A DNA stretch of 32,000 bases from Candidatus Omnitrophota bacterium (GTDB taxonomy: Bacteria > Omnitrophota > Gorgyraeia > 2-01-FULL-45-10): contig JAMWCX010000002.1 in the NCBI GenBank assembly GCA_023818895.1, positions 180,001-212,000 of the forward strand. Direction: 5' to 3'. Position numbers and translations under genes: made by a program. Under the pieces are notes generated by a model. The model had not been told where the DNA came from, did not search any database, and was given only the letters and a program-made list of their open reading frames with translations. Position 1 is the first letter of the stretch. Each line of letters starts with the position of its first letter. Positions 9,237-16,196 of this stretch are shown one piece after another.

Positions 9237-9632
9237 TTATTTTACCTCGATTCTTCTGGAACTGGACCAGAGGCCATGGATATTGCAATAAGAAGAGGCC
9301 ATGATGGTCCCAGATTTATCTGTCTTGAACGCTACTGTCACTTCCGGACTTGCGAATACCGTGCCTGTATTCGGCCCTTGAGTCGATTCTCCGTGCGCGG
9401 CAAATTCGCTTTTTGCGACCTGATAGGGAAATTTTTCGCCATCCGCAAGAAAATAGAGGTCTATCCATCTGATATGATGTTCTGTCGTATTCGGATGAGG
9501 GATTGCCTTGCCGACACTGAGTAAGACCTTTGCGATATCGCCTTTCTTTACAGTATCAGCGCATTCTATAACCGGAACGTGCTTCTCCTTGCTCCAGTCC
9601 GCCGATTGAAACATCTCTTTCAATTCTGACAT
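9237..9632 (-). CDS. sor: Superoxide reductase, 1Fe class (neelaredoxin type)
   Basis: 131-aa ORF nearly collinear with Pyrococcus-type SOR (EKHVPVIE, HPNTTEHHIRWIDLYF, AHGES, CNIHGLW). GGAGG lies 5 nt upstream of the ATG. Confidence 0.92.
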   Translation of the reverse strand: MSELKEMFQSADWSKEKHVPVIECADTVKKGDIAKVLLSVGKAIPHPNTTEHHIRWIDLYFLADGEKFPYQVAKSEFAAHGESTQGPNTGTVFASPEVTVAFKTDKSGTIMASSYCNIHGLWSSSRRIEVK

Positions 9633-9710
9633 ATCTTCCTCCTCGCCTTTTACAAGATTGTCTTATTTTAAGGAATGGCGCAAACAAAACGGTTGGCCAA
9701 TATACCGCTA

Positions 9711-9863
9711 TTATTTTTTCAATCTCATCTTCTTGCCGCAACAGATGGTTTCCTCGACATCTATAGCGCCTGACGACTCGTCAACGCTCATGACGAGTCC
9801 GCAGATACCGCATATATATTTCGAATCCTTATTTTTGCGTAAAAATCTCTTTTTCTTGGCCAA
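9711..9863 (-). CDS. Desulforedoxin-like mini-protein (50 aa, TTG start); not in the supplied ORF track
   Basis: Translation is MAKKKRFLRKNKDSKYICGICGLVMSVDESSGAIDVEETICCGKKMRLKK. The Y-x-C-x-x-C-G ... C-C-G-x-x-M pattern matches desulforedoxin and the Dfx N-domain. GGAGG (9872-9876) lies 8 nt upstream of TTG (9861-9863). The gene sits between the flavodiiron and SOR genes. Confidence 0.6.
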   Translation of the reverse strand: MAKKKRFLRKNKDSKYICGICGLVMSVDESSGAIDVEETICCGKKMRLKK

Positions 9864-9864
9864 C

Positions 9865-11067
9865 TTAAGCACCTCCTTTTATAAGGCAACTTTTTGCGAA
9901 ATCCGCGCCAAAATTGTAACATCTAAGCTTTTCCGACTCATCTGGCACATACCTCACCGAAATAGACGGCTGTACGAGCGCTATCCCTGCTTCTTTTATT
10001 ACACGCTCTATGGAGCTCACCGCGCCACCGCCCCAGCCGTAAGAGCCAAATGCTGCCGCCACACGATTCCGCGGCCTAAGCCCTTTAATAAAATCCAGAA
10101 AACCCGCTATGGATGGCAGCATGTCATTATCATGCGTCGAAGAACCAATTATATATCCTTTTGCGTCGAGGAGTTCCTTTATCACCTCCGTCCTATCAGA
10201 CTGAGTTATATCAAAAAGCCTCACACTTACCCCTGCGGCAGCCACTCCTTCCGCGATCTTGTAAGCCATAATTTCCGTTGAGCCCCACATGGTCTCATAT
10301 ATGATAACAACCTTTTGTCTCGTCTCATTTTTAGCCCAAGAGATATAAGAGCTCACTATCTTCATGGGATCCTTGCGCCATATAATACCGTGGCTCGGCG
10401 CTATCATCTTTATCGGAATGCCCGTCTTCAGCACATCTTCTATCTTTTTAAGAATTATTGAGCCAAGCGGTATAAGGATGTTTGCGTAATACTTTGCTGC
10501 CTCGTCCATCAGCGCGCACTGGTCAATCTCATCGTCAAAACGCTCGCTGGTCGCTATGTGTTGGCCAAACGCGTCATTCGGCATAAGAAGCTCCTCCTCG
10601 CGGCAATAGGTGAACATGGAGTCAGGCCAATGTATCATCGGCGCCTCTATGAAAGTTAATGTCCTGCTGCCGAGCTTTAGCGTATCGCCGGTCTTGACTG
10701 TCTGGAAATCCCAGTCTTTGTAGTAATTTTTGTAAAGACCTTCTTTGCATTTAGCGGTGCCATACACCTTTGCCTTCGCGCAAAGTTCCATGAGCGCCGG
10801 CATTGCCCCTGAATGGTCTGTTTCGACGTGGTTGGCTATTACATAGTCTATCTTTTCGGGCGGAACAATCCTGCTGATATTCTCTATAAGCTCCGAAGCA
10901 AATGGCCCATATACGGTATCGACAAGGGCTATCTTTTCGTCCACTATAAGATACGAATTGTAGGTGGTGCCGCGCTTTGTGGTGTAAGTGTGGCCGTGAA
11001 AATTCCTCACGTTCCAATCTATCGCGCCAACCCACCATATACCTTTTTTTATCTCTACCGGCTTCAC
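9865..11067 (-). CDS. fprA: Flavodiiron protein (FprA / rubredoxin:oxygen oxidoreductase type, class A)
   Basis: 400-aa ORF with GTG start. The N-terminal metallo-beta-lactamase-like domain carries the di-iron motif HVETDH. The C-terminal flavodoxin-like domain contains VVIIYETMWGSTE. Confidence 0.92.
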   Translation of the reverse strand: MKPVEIKKGIWWVGAIDWNVRNFHGHTYTTKRGTTYNSYLIVDEKIALVDTVYGPFASELIENISRIVPPEKIDYVIANHVETDHSGAMPALMELCAKAKVYGTAKCKEGLYKNYYKDWDFQTVKTGDTLKLGSRTLTFIEAPMIHWPDSMFTYCREEELLMPNDAFGQHIATSERFDDEIDQCALMDEAAKYYANILIPLGSIILKKIEDVLKTGIPIKMIAPSHGIIWRKDPMKIVSSYISWAKNETRQKVVIIYETMWGSTEIMAYKIAEGVAAAGVSVRLFDITQSDRTEVIKELLDAKGYIIGSSTHDNDMLPSIAGFLDFIKGLRPRNRVAAAFGSYGWGGGAVSSIERVIKEAGIALVQPSISVRYVPDESEKLRCYNFGADFAKSCLIKGGA

Positions 11068-11072
11068 TTCTC

Positions 11073-11768
11073 TTATCCTTCCTTTACGAATTGGCTCTTA
11101 TCAGCCCCGCATATCGGGCAGACCCAGTTATCCGGTATCTCTTCGAAAGGCGTTCCTGGCTTCACTCCTCCGTCAGGATCACCAACGGCCGGATCATATA
11201 TATAGTTACATACCACACATCTGTACTTCTGCATAGCGACCTCCTTTTTTACGCCCGGCATTTCCTCTCTGATAAATGTCGGAGCGGTAGCCGGCGTTGT
11301 GCCTCTCTTCTCTTCATGATAATAAGCATAGGTAAGGGGCCTACCCATCTTGAGCATCTTAGAATCTGTCATCTGGCCCACAAAAAGGGTATGAGTATAA
11401 CAATCGAGCCTATTTATCACCTTTGCTTCTATATAAGCAATCGCGTGATCTGTAACCGCTGGGCAGCCGCTTTTTAGCATTACAAAAGCGGTATCCCTGA
11501 ACTTGTCCAAGTCTCTTCCCGATTTAAAGCCAAACTTCCCGATAAAGCTCAAAGGCGTCTTCTCGTCTAGTATCGAAAGGCTAAAAAGAGAACTTGCCTC
11601 GATATACTCGTGCGTTAGATTCTTCTTATTAACGCTTATCCCTATCGTGACCGGATCGTTCGTGATTTGGAAAGCCGTATTTATAATCTGGCCGTTAATC
11701 GCTCCTGCCTTGCAGGATGAGACTATATACATGCCATAGCTTATATTGTGTAAAATATTCGGATCCAT
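11073..11768 (-). CDS. Flavin reductase-like domain fused to a C-terminal rubredoxin (high-molecular-weight rubredoxin type)
   Basis: 231-aa ORF. The N-terminal ~165 aa resemble the FMN-binding flavin reductase domain. The C-terminus [12 protein letters not shown]...[23 protein letters not shown] is a canonical rubredoxin (two CxxC). Confidence 0.85.
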   Translation of the reverse strand: MDPNILHNISYGMYIVSSCKAGAINGQIINTAFQITNDPVTIGISVNKKNLTHEYIEASSLFSLSILDEKTPLSFIGKFGFKSGRDLDKFRDTAFVMLKSGCPAVTDHAIAYIEAKVINRLDCYTHTLFVGQMTDSKMLKMGRPLTYAYYHEEKRGTTPATAPTFIREEMPGVKKEVAMQKYRCVVCNYIYDPAVGDPDGGVKPGTPFEEIPDNWVCPICGADKSQFVKEG

Positions 11769-11769
11769 T

Positions 11770-11955
11770 TTATGAGATTGCGATGGCTGTCACGGGGCAC
11801 TCATCTGCCGCTTGCTTGCAAGATTCCTCAGCGTCTTTCGGGACAATGGAACCAATCACCACAGCCTTATCATCCTCCATTTTGTAAACTTGGGGACATG
11901 TCGTAACACACAAACCGCACCCTATGCAAGCATTTGCGTCTATTTTTGCTTTCAT
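11770..11955 (-). CDS. Small single-cluster ferredoxin (4Fe-4S/3Fe-4S type)
   Basis: 61-aa ORF with CIGCGLC...CP and a distal C...CP motif, typical of ~60-aa monocluster ferredoxins. GGAAGGAGAAAAAA precedes the ATG. Confidence 0.85.
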   Translation of the reverse strand: MKAKIDANACIGCGLCVTTCPQVYKMEDDKAVVIGSIVPKDAEESCKQAADECPVTAIAIS

Positions 11956-11980
11956 TTTTTTCTCCTTCCGTTAAATTTTA

Positions 11981-12619
11981 TCAAACCTCTTTTTCCATCA
12001 CTCTGACTTCTACTTTACCTTTGAGAAGGTCTGCAAACCTCTTCGCATCCGACAATGAGCCTACTATATCGCCATAGTGCATAGGTATGGCGACTTTCGG
12101 CTTTATGGCAAGAGCCGCCCGAGCCGCTTCCTCAGCGGTCATTACATATGTGCCGCTCACAGGTAGAAGAGCGATGTCGCAGTGCAAGTTCTCCATTTCC
12201 GGTATATAATCCGTGTCGCCGGCGTGGTAGATACTACCGCCGTCCACCGATACCAGGAACCCGAGTTTTCCGGATTTCTTTGGGTGGAAATCCTTGTTTA
12301 TATTGTAGCTGGGAACTGCTTTTATCCTGATGCCGCCCGCGTCGCAGGAGCTTCCGGCAGAGAGAGCTACAACTTCCCTGCAGGGCAATCTTGCACGCTT
12401 AAGGTCCTGCGCGACCTGGCTCGTGGTGACTATCACGGTATCCTTGGCTGTTATCGCGGCCACATCATCTTTTGAAAAATGGTCGAAATGCTCATGCGAT
12501 ATGAGTATTAGATCCGCTCTTTTCGAAAGAGACGGAAGCTTCCACGGGTCGAAATAGACGGTCTTGGCGCCATCGAGCCTGAAGCTCGCGTGTCCCAGCC
12601 AATGCAGCTTTTCGATCAT
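11981..12619 (-). CDS. MBL-fold metal-dependent hydrolase (UPF0173-like)
   Basis: HEHFDH motif plus a downstream HxGD-type motif. Start placed at the internal ATG (MIEKLHWLGHASF), which has AAGAGG 8 nt upstream. The ORF-track start at 12664 would overlap nrdJ by 28 nt. Confidence 0.8.
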   Translation of the reverse strand: MIEKLHWLGHASFRLDGAKTVYFDPWKLPSLSKRADLILISHEHFDHFSKDDVAAITAKDTVIVTTSQVAQDLKRARLPCREVVALSAGSSCDAGGIRIKAVPSYNINKDFHPKKSGKLGFLVSVDGGSIYHAGDTDYIPEMENLHCDIALLPVSGTYVMTAEEAARAALAIKPKVAIPMHYGDIVGSLSDAKRFADLLKGKVEVRVMEKEV

Positions 12620-12636
12620 TTTTGCGGCCTCTTTTC

Positions 12637-14439
12637 TTAGAACGGGCACGTCCCTGTGGCGCATCCGCCTGAATACTCGGACTCCGCCACCACGCCCTCG
12701 CCTCCGGCGGGGGCATTGCGGATCTGGCCGTATCCGAACGAAATGACCTGGTCCTTCCTGCTCCCGTAGCGATATACGGTGATGCCTTTCAATTTCAGAA
12801 GATACGCTTCCATAAATATCTTCCTGACATCTTCTATGGTAGCTTCGGGAGGAAGGTTTATAGTCTTTGACACCGAATTGTCGGTATGCTGCTGGAAGGC
12901 AGCCTGTATTTTAAGGTGTTGCTCGGGCTCGACATCGAACGCGGTGACGAAAAGCTTCCTGACATCAGCCGGAATGGCTTTGATGCCCCTAAGACTTCCC
13001 AGCCGCGCTATTCTGGCAAGAAGTTTCGGATTATAGAAACCCCTTGCCTTCGCTGTTTCCTCAAAAATGGAATTGACCTCGAAAAGCTTTAGTCCCGAAA
13101 GGACATTACGCGTGAAGCTAATCGCAAATAACGGCTCGATTCCGCTTGAACAACCCGCTATTATGCTGATCGAACCAGTGGGAGCTATAGTATTTACGGT
13201 GGCATTACGCAACCTGATGCCCTTCCTAGAATAGATAGACCTAGCATAATTCGGAAATACGCCTCTTTCCTTCGCAAGTTCTACCGAAGCCTCAATAGAT
13301 TTGATCTTGATAAACCTCATGAGTTTACCCGCCAATGAGACGGCATCATCAGAATCATAAGGAATACCGAGTCTTACGAGCATGTCAGCGAATCCCATGA
13401 CGCCCAGACCAATCTTCCTGTTTGCAAACGTCACCTTCTTTATCTCCGGCAGGGGGTACTTATTCACCTCGATAACGTTATCTAGAAAACGAATGCCAAG
13501 CCTAACGCGGCTGGCGAGTCTTTCATAGTCAATCCTTTTGGCAGATATCATCCTGCTCAAGTTTATCGAGCCGAGATTGCAACTTTCGTACGGCAGAAGG
13601 GGAAGCTCACCGCAGGGATTCGTCGCTTCTATTCGGCCAACCGCAGGCGTAGGATTTGCCCTATTTATGTTATCAAGAAATATGATACCGGGATCCCCTG
13701 TTTTCCACGCGGCGCTGGCGATGAGATTGAACGTGGCTCTCGCGTTCACCTTGCGCACGATTTTATTGGTCCTTGGGTTAATAAGGCTAAATTCTTTGTT
13801 GAGCTTCACCGCCTTCATGAAGCTGTCCGTAATACCGACCGACAGATTGAAATTTGAAAACGCCTCTTTTTGTGTTTTTGCTTCTATGAACTCAACTATA
13901 TCGGGATGATCGCATCGCAAGACTCCCATATTCGCGCCACGCCGTCTGCCCCCCTGAACGATTACGCCTGTAGCTGCATCAAATATACTCATGAAAGACA
14001 CAGGACCTGAGGCGGCGCCTTTGGTCGTGCTGACAAGGTCCCCTTTGGGCCTTAGGCGCGAGAAGCTGAAGCCAGTACCGCCGCCGGTCTGGTGGATCTT
14101 CGCCATTGACTTGAGCGATTCGAATATGCCATCAATCGAGTCTGCCACAGGAATGACAAAGCAAGCCGAGAGCTGCCCAAGTGGCGTACCCGCGTTCATC
14201 AAGGTTGGTGAATTGGGCAGGAACTCAAGGCTTTTCATGGCGTTGTAAAAATCTTCCTCGATCTTATCCCGGCAACAGCTTGTCTTGAAGTTCCGCTCGG
14301 CGAATGAGACATGACGCACGACACGCCTAAATAATTCCTCCGGCGTCTCAATGACATTCTGCTTGTTGTCTTTTAAGAGATAGCGCCTCTTTAATACCTC
14401 GAGGCTGTTTGAGGATAAACTGGTGTTTTCTTTTTGCAT
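12637..14439 (-). CDS. nrdJ: Adenosylcobalamin-dependent (class II) ribonucleotide reductase
   Basis: 600-aa ORF with an N-terminal LEVLKRRYLLKD region, an NPCGE active-site loop, and a C-terminal Cys pair tail (GGCATGTCPF) typical of class II RNR. Confidence 0.9.
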   Translation of the reverse strand: MQKENTSLSSNSLEVLKRRYLLKDNKQNVIETPEELFRRVVRHVSFAERNFKTSCCRDKIEEDFYNAMKSLEFLPNSPTLMNAGTPLGQLSACFVIPVADSIDGIFESLKSMAKIHQTGGGTGFSFSRLRPKGDLVSTTKGAASGPVSFMSIFDAATGVIVQGGRRRGANMGVLRCDHPDIVEFIEAKTQKEAFSNFNLSVGITDSFMKAVKLNKEFSLINPRTNKIVRKVNARATFNLIASAAWKTGDPGIIFLDNINRANPTPAVGRIEATNPCGELPLLPYESCNLGSINLSRMISAKRIDYERLASRVRLGIRFLDNVIEVNKYPLPEIKKVTFANRKIGLGVMGFADMLVRLGIPYDSDDAVSLAGKLMRFIKIKSIEASVELAKERGVFPNYARSIYSRKGIRLRNATVNTIAPTGSISIIAGCSSGIEPLFAISFTRNVLSGLKLFEVNSIFEETAKARGFYNPKLLARIARLGSLRGIKAIPADVRKLFVTAFDVEPEQHLKIQAAFQQHTDNSVSKTINLPPEATIEDVRKIFMEAYLLKLKGITVYRYGSRKDQVISFGYGQIRNAPAGGEGVVAESEYSGGCATGTCPF

Positions 14440-14448
14440 AGCATAAGT

Positions 14449-14477
14449 ATTATACCAATAATACCGTTATTTGGATA
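14449..14477 (-). promoter_or_regulatory. Candidate extended -10 promoter (TGgTATAAT) immediately upstream of nrdJ
   Basis: On the minus strand, TATAAT is at 14449-14454 and is preceded by TGG. The -35 is weak (TATCCA, 14472-14477, 17-nt spacer). Only 9 nt separate the -10 hexamer from the nrdJ ATG. Confidence 0.35.
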
Positions 14478-14518
14478 GCGGGAAAAGAAGACCCCTTTCT
14501 CGTGACTTCACAACTTAT

Positions 14519-14561
14519 AAAAAAATATGAAAAAATGGTGGGCAGTTTATCGTCATGCCCA
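14519..14561 (-). terminator. Candidate intrinsic terminator after the hcp operon
   Basis: Minus-strand hairpin UGGGCA-(11-nt loop)-UGCCCA (14539-14561), followed by ACC UUUUUU CAUA UUUUUUU. The stem is only 6 bp, so strength is uncertain. Confidence 0.35.
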
Positions 14562-14630
14562 GGACTGACTAGTGCACCCTTCCTTGCAATGCGCTACCGG
14601 CCTAAGCCAATAATGGTTCGCCACCCTCAT
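14553..14630 (-). CDS. Candidate 25-codon small ORF (MRVANHYWLRPVAHCKEGCTSQSWA)
   Basis: ATG at 14628-14630 is preceded by GAGGTGAT with 8-nt spacing, 22 nt after the hcp stop. Its TGA lies in the 5' arm/loop of the candidate terminator hairpin. No homology support. Confidence 0.25.
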   Translation of the reverse strand: MRVANHYWLRPVAHCKEGCTSQSWA

Positions 14631-14652
14631 CTCTATCACCTCTCTTTCCCTA

Positions 14653-15942
14653 TCATTTTCCTAATATAGCCGCGAGGTCTGCCTGCGGTGTTGTTATAAG
14701 TTTCAGATCAAATTTTTCCTGCAAAATCTTGAAAACATTCGGCGTAATAAATGCTGGAGGAGTGGGCCCTATCCTTATATTCTTTATACCGAGATGAAGA
14801 AGGGCAAGGAGTATAGCAACTGCCTTCTGCTCAAACCAGGATAAAACTAATGAAAGGGGAAGCTCGTTTACGCTGCAATTGAACGCCTTTGCGAGGGCCA
14901 GCGCAACCTGGATTGCCGAATAGGCATTGTTGCATTGCCCCACATCCAGAAGTCTCGGTATACCATCGATAGTACCAAAATCAAGCTTGTTGAACCGGTA
15001 TTTACCGCAAGCCACGGTTAATATAATACAGTCTTTCGGAACCAATTCGGCAAACTCCGTGTAATAATTCCTGCCCGGCTTGGCGCCATCGCATCCGCCG
15101 ATTAGGAAGAAATGCCTTATCCTACCCGCTTTTACCGCTGAGACGATCTTGTCAGCAATACTTAAAATGGCGGTATGGTGAAACCCTGTCATGATCTTCT
15201 TACCCGGTGCTTCCGGTAGAGGTGGCAGCGCCTTTGCCCTCTTTATGACGATAGAAAAATCTCTTTCTTTCACATGGGCTGCGCCAGGAATACCGGTGAT
15301 ACCGCAAGTAAAAAGTCTATCAAGATAGGTGTTGGGCGGCGGGATGAGAACACAATTGGTCGTGGCAAGAATGGCGCCGCTAAACGCTGTGAACTCTTTT
15401 TTCTGATCCTGCCAGGCGCCACCGTAATTACCAACCAGGTGTTTGAATTTCTTAAGCTCAGGGTAACCATGGGCTGGGAGCATCTCGGAATGTGTATAGA
15501 TATTTATGCCTGTTCCTTCGGTCTGTTTAAGAAGCTCGTAAAGATCCAATAGGTCGTGTCCTGTTATAAGTATGCCCGGGCCTTTGCGTGTACCCGTCTC
15601 TACTTCCGTCGGAACAGGGCTGCCAAAACGCTGCGTGTGTGCCTTATCGAGAAGTTCCATGACTTTAAGGCTTACCTTGCCGCACTCTGACACAAGCTCA
15701 AGATACTGGTTCATATCAAAGCTTACATTGGTCACGGTCTTGAAAAGGGCCTCATGCATAAATGAGTCAATCTGTTCGTCTTTTGATACTAGTTCCCGCG
15801 CATGATAAGCATATGCGGCTATGCCTTTCAGCCCGTATAAAAGAGTATCCTGAAGGCTCTGTATATCCTCATTCTTGCCACATACACCCGCTATTGTGCA
15901 GCCCTTGCCGGCCGCCGTCTGTTCACATTGATAACAAAACAT
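14653..15942 (-). CDS. hcp: Hybrid cluster protein (hydroxylamine reductase/NO-related), short class III form
   Basis: 429-aa ORF with the N-terminal CYQCEQTAAGKGC...GVCGK cluster motif and Hcp-like sequence throughout. GGGAGGTG is embedded in the 3' end of the upstream gene, and the junction is TAATG. Confidence 0.93.
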   Translation of the reverse strand: MFCYQCEQTAAGKGCTIAGVCGKNEDIQSLQDTLLYGLKGIAAYAYHARELVSKDEQIDSFMHEALFKTVTNVSFDMNQYLELVSECGKVSLKVMELLDKAHTQRFGSPVPTEVETGTRKGPGILITGHDLLDLYELLKQTEGTGINIYTHSEMLPAHGYPELKKFKHLVGNYGGAWQDQKKEFTAFSGAILATTNCVLIPPPNTYLDRLFTCGITGIPGAAHVKERDFSIVIKRAKALPPLPEAPGKKIMTGFHHTAILSIADKIVSAVKAGRIRHFFLIGGCDGAKPGRNYYTEFAELVPKDCIILTVACGKYRFNKLDFGTIDGIPRLLDVGQCNNAYSAIQVALALAKAFNCSVNELPLSLVLSWFEQKAVAILLALLHLGIKNIRIGPTPPAFITPNVFKILQEKFDLKLITTPQADLAAILGK

Positions 15943-16196
15943 TATGCACCTCCCATTTTTCTTATCCTGTTATCCTTGTATTCCTTAAATATAGAACCTC
16001 CTACGCACTCTCTTGCATACTTACACCAGTCAAGGCACGATTGCTTAGAGACTTTTGAAATACTTTTGCCGCACTGCCCGCATTTCGTCTGGAATTCATC
16101 CGACCATATTTCAACTTCTCCACCACAAAACGGGCACTTAATATTATCCGGATATGGTACCTTGAAATGCTGAGAGCCAGGACATCCAAAAAACAT
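15942..16196 (-). CDS. Cys-rich zinc-ribbon protein, function unknown (84 aa, 9 Cys)
   Basis: Contains GCPGS, a CPFC-x16-CGQC zinc-ribbon pattern and a C-terminal CLDWCKYARECVG. It abuts the upstream stop directly and overlaps the hcp start. Confidence 0.6.
   Translation of the reverse strand: MFFGCPGSQHFKVPYPDNIKCPFCGGEVEIWSDEFQTKCGQCGKSISKVSKQSCLDWCKYARECVGGSIFKEYKDNRIRKMGGA

Noticed and set aside
9556-9741. 61-aa minus-strand ORF from the track, spanning the Dx-SOR spacer
   Set aside because: It overlaps the SOR start and the 3' end of the Dx-like gene out of frame. It has no SD and no recognisable motifs. The Dx-like frame explains this region better.
9658-10281. 207-aa plus-strand ORF, and other long plus-strand ORFs such as 26873-27406, 5453-5959, 10977-11477, 2904-3386 and 21886-22353
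   Set aside because: All are antisense to minus-strand genes with strong family signatures. Their translations are low-complexity (S/P/R/L-rich) with no recognisable motifs or SD sites. They are typical shadow ORFs.
10751-11038. Nested alternative-frame minus-strand ORFs inside real genes, such as 10751-11038, 1907-2134, 12492-12716, 16001-16210, 20223-20435 and 22642-22860
   Set aside because: They lie out of frame within strongly supported genes, are Arg/Ser/Pro-rich, and have no SD or motif support.
12620-12664. Longer start of the MBL hydrolase, overlapping nrdJ by 28 nt
   Set aside because: The internal ATG at 12617-12619 has AAGAGG upstream and gives a typical N-terminus (MIEKLHWLGHASF). 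The long form requires an unusually long overlap.
14462-14540. NrdR box(es) upstream of nrdJ
   Set aside because: AT-rich strings such as TTTTTTATAAGTTGTG match at most half of the 16-bp palindromic NrdR consensus, and no second box occurs at the expected ~31-bp phasing.
14562-14652. Possible riboswitch (ZTP/pfl-like or cobalamin) in the hcp-nrdJ spacer, suggested by UGGCGAAC and CCUGGGCA strings on the minus strand
   Set aside because: I could not draw the required P1/P2 helices. The pseudoknot partner CGCC of the ZTP 3' domain is absent (the sequence has GUCC). No B12 box or GCCACUG-type element was found. The gene context is also wrong, since a B12-dependent RNR would not be switched off by B12. 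Only an Infernal/Rfam scan could settle it.
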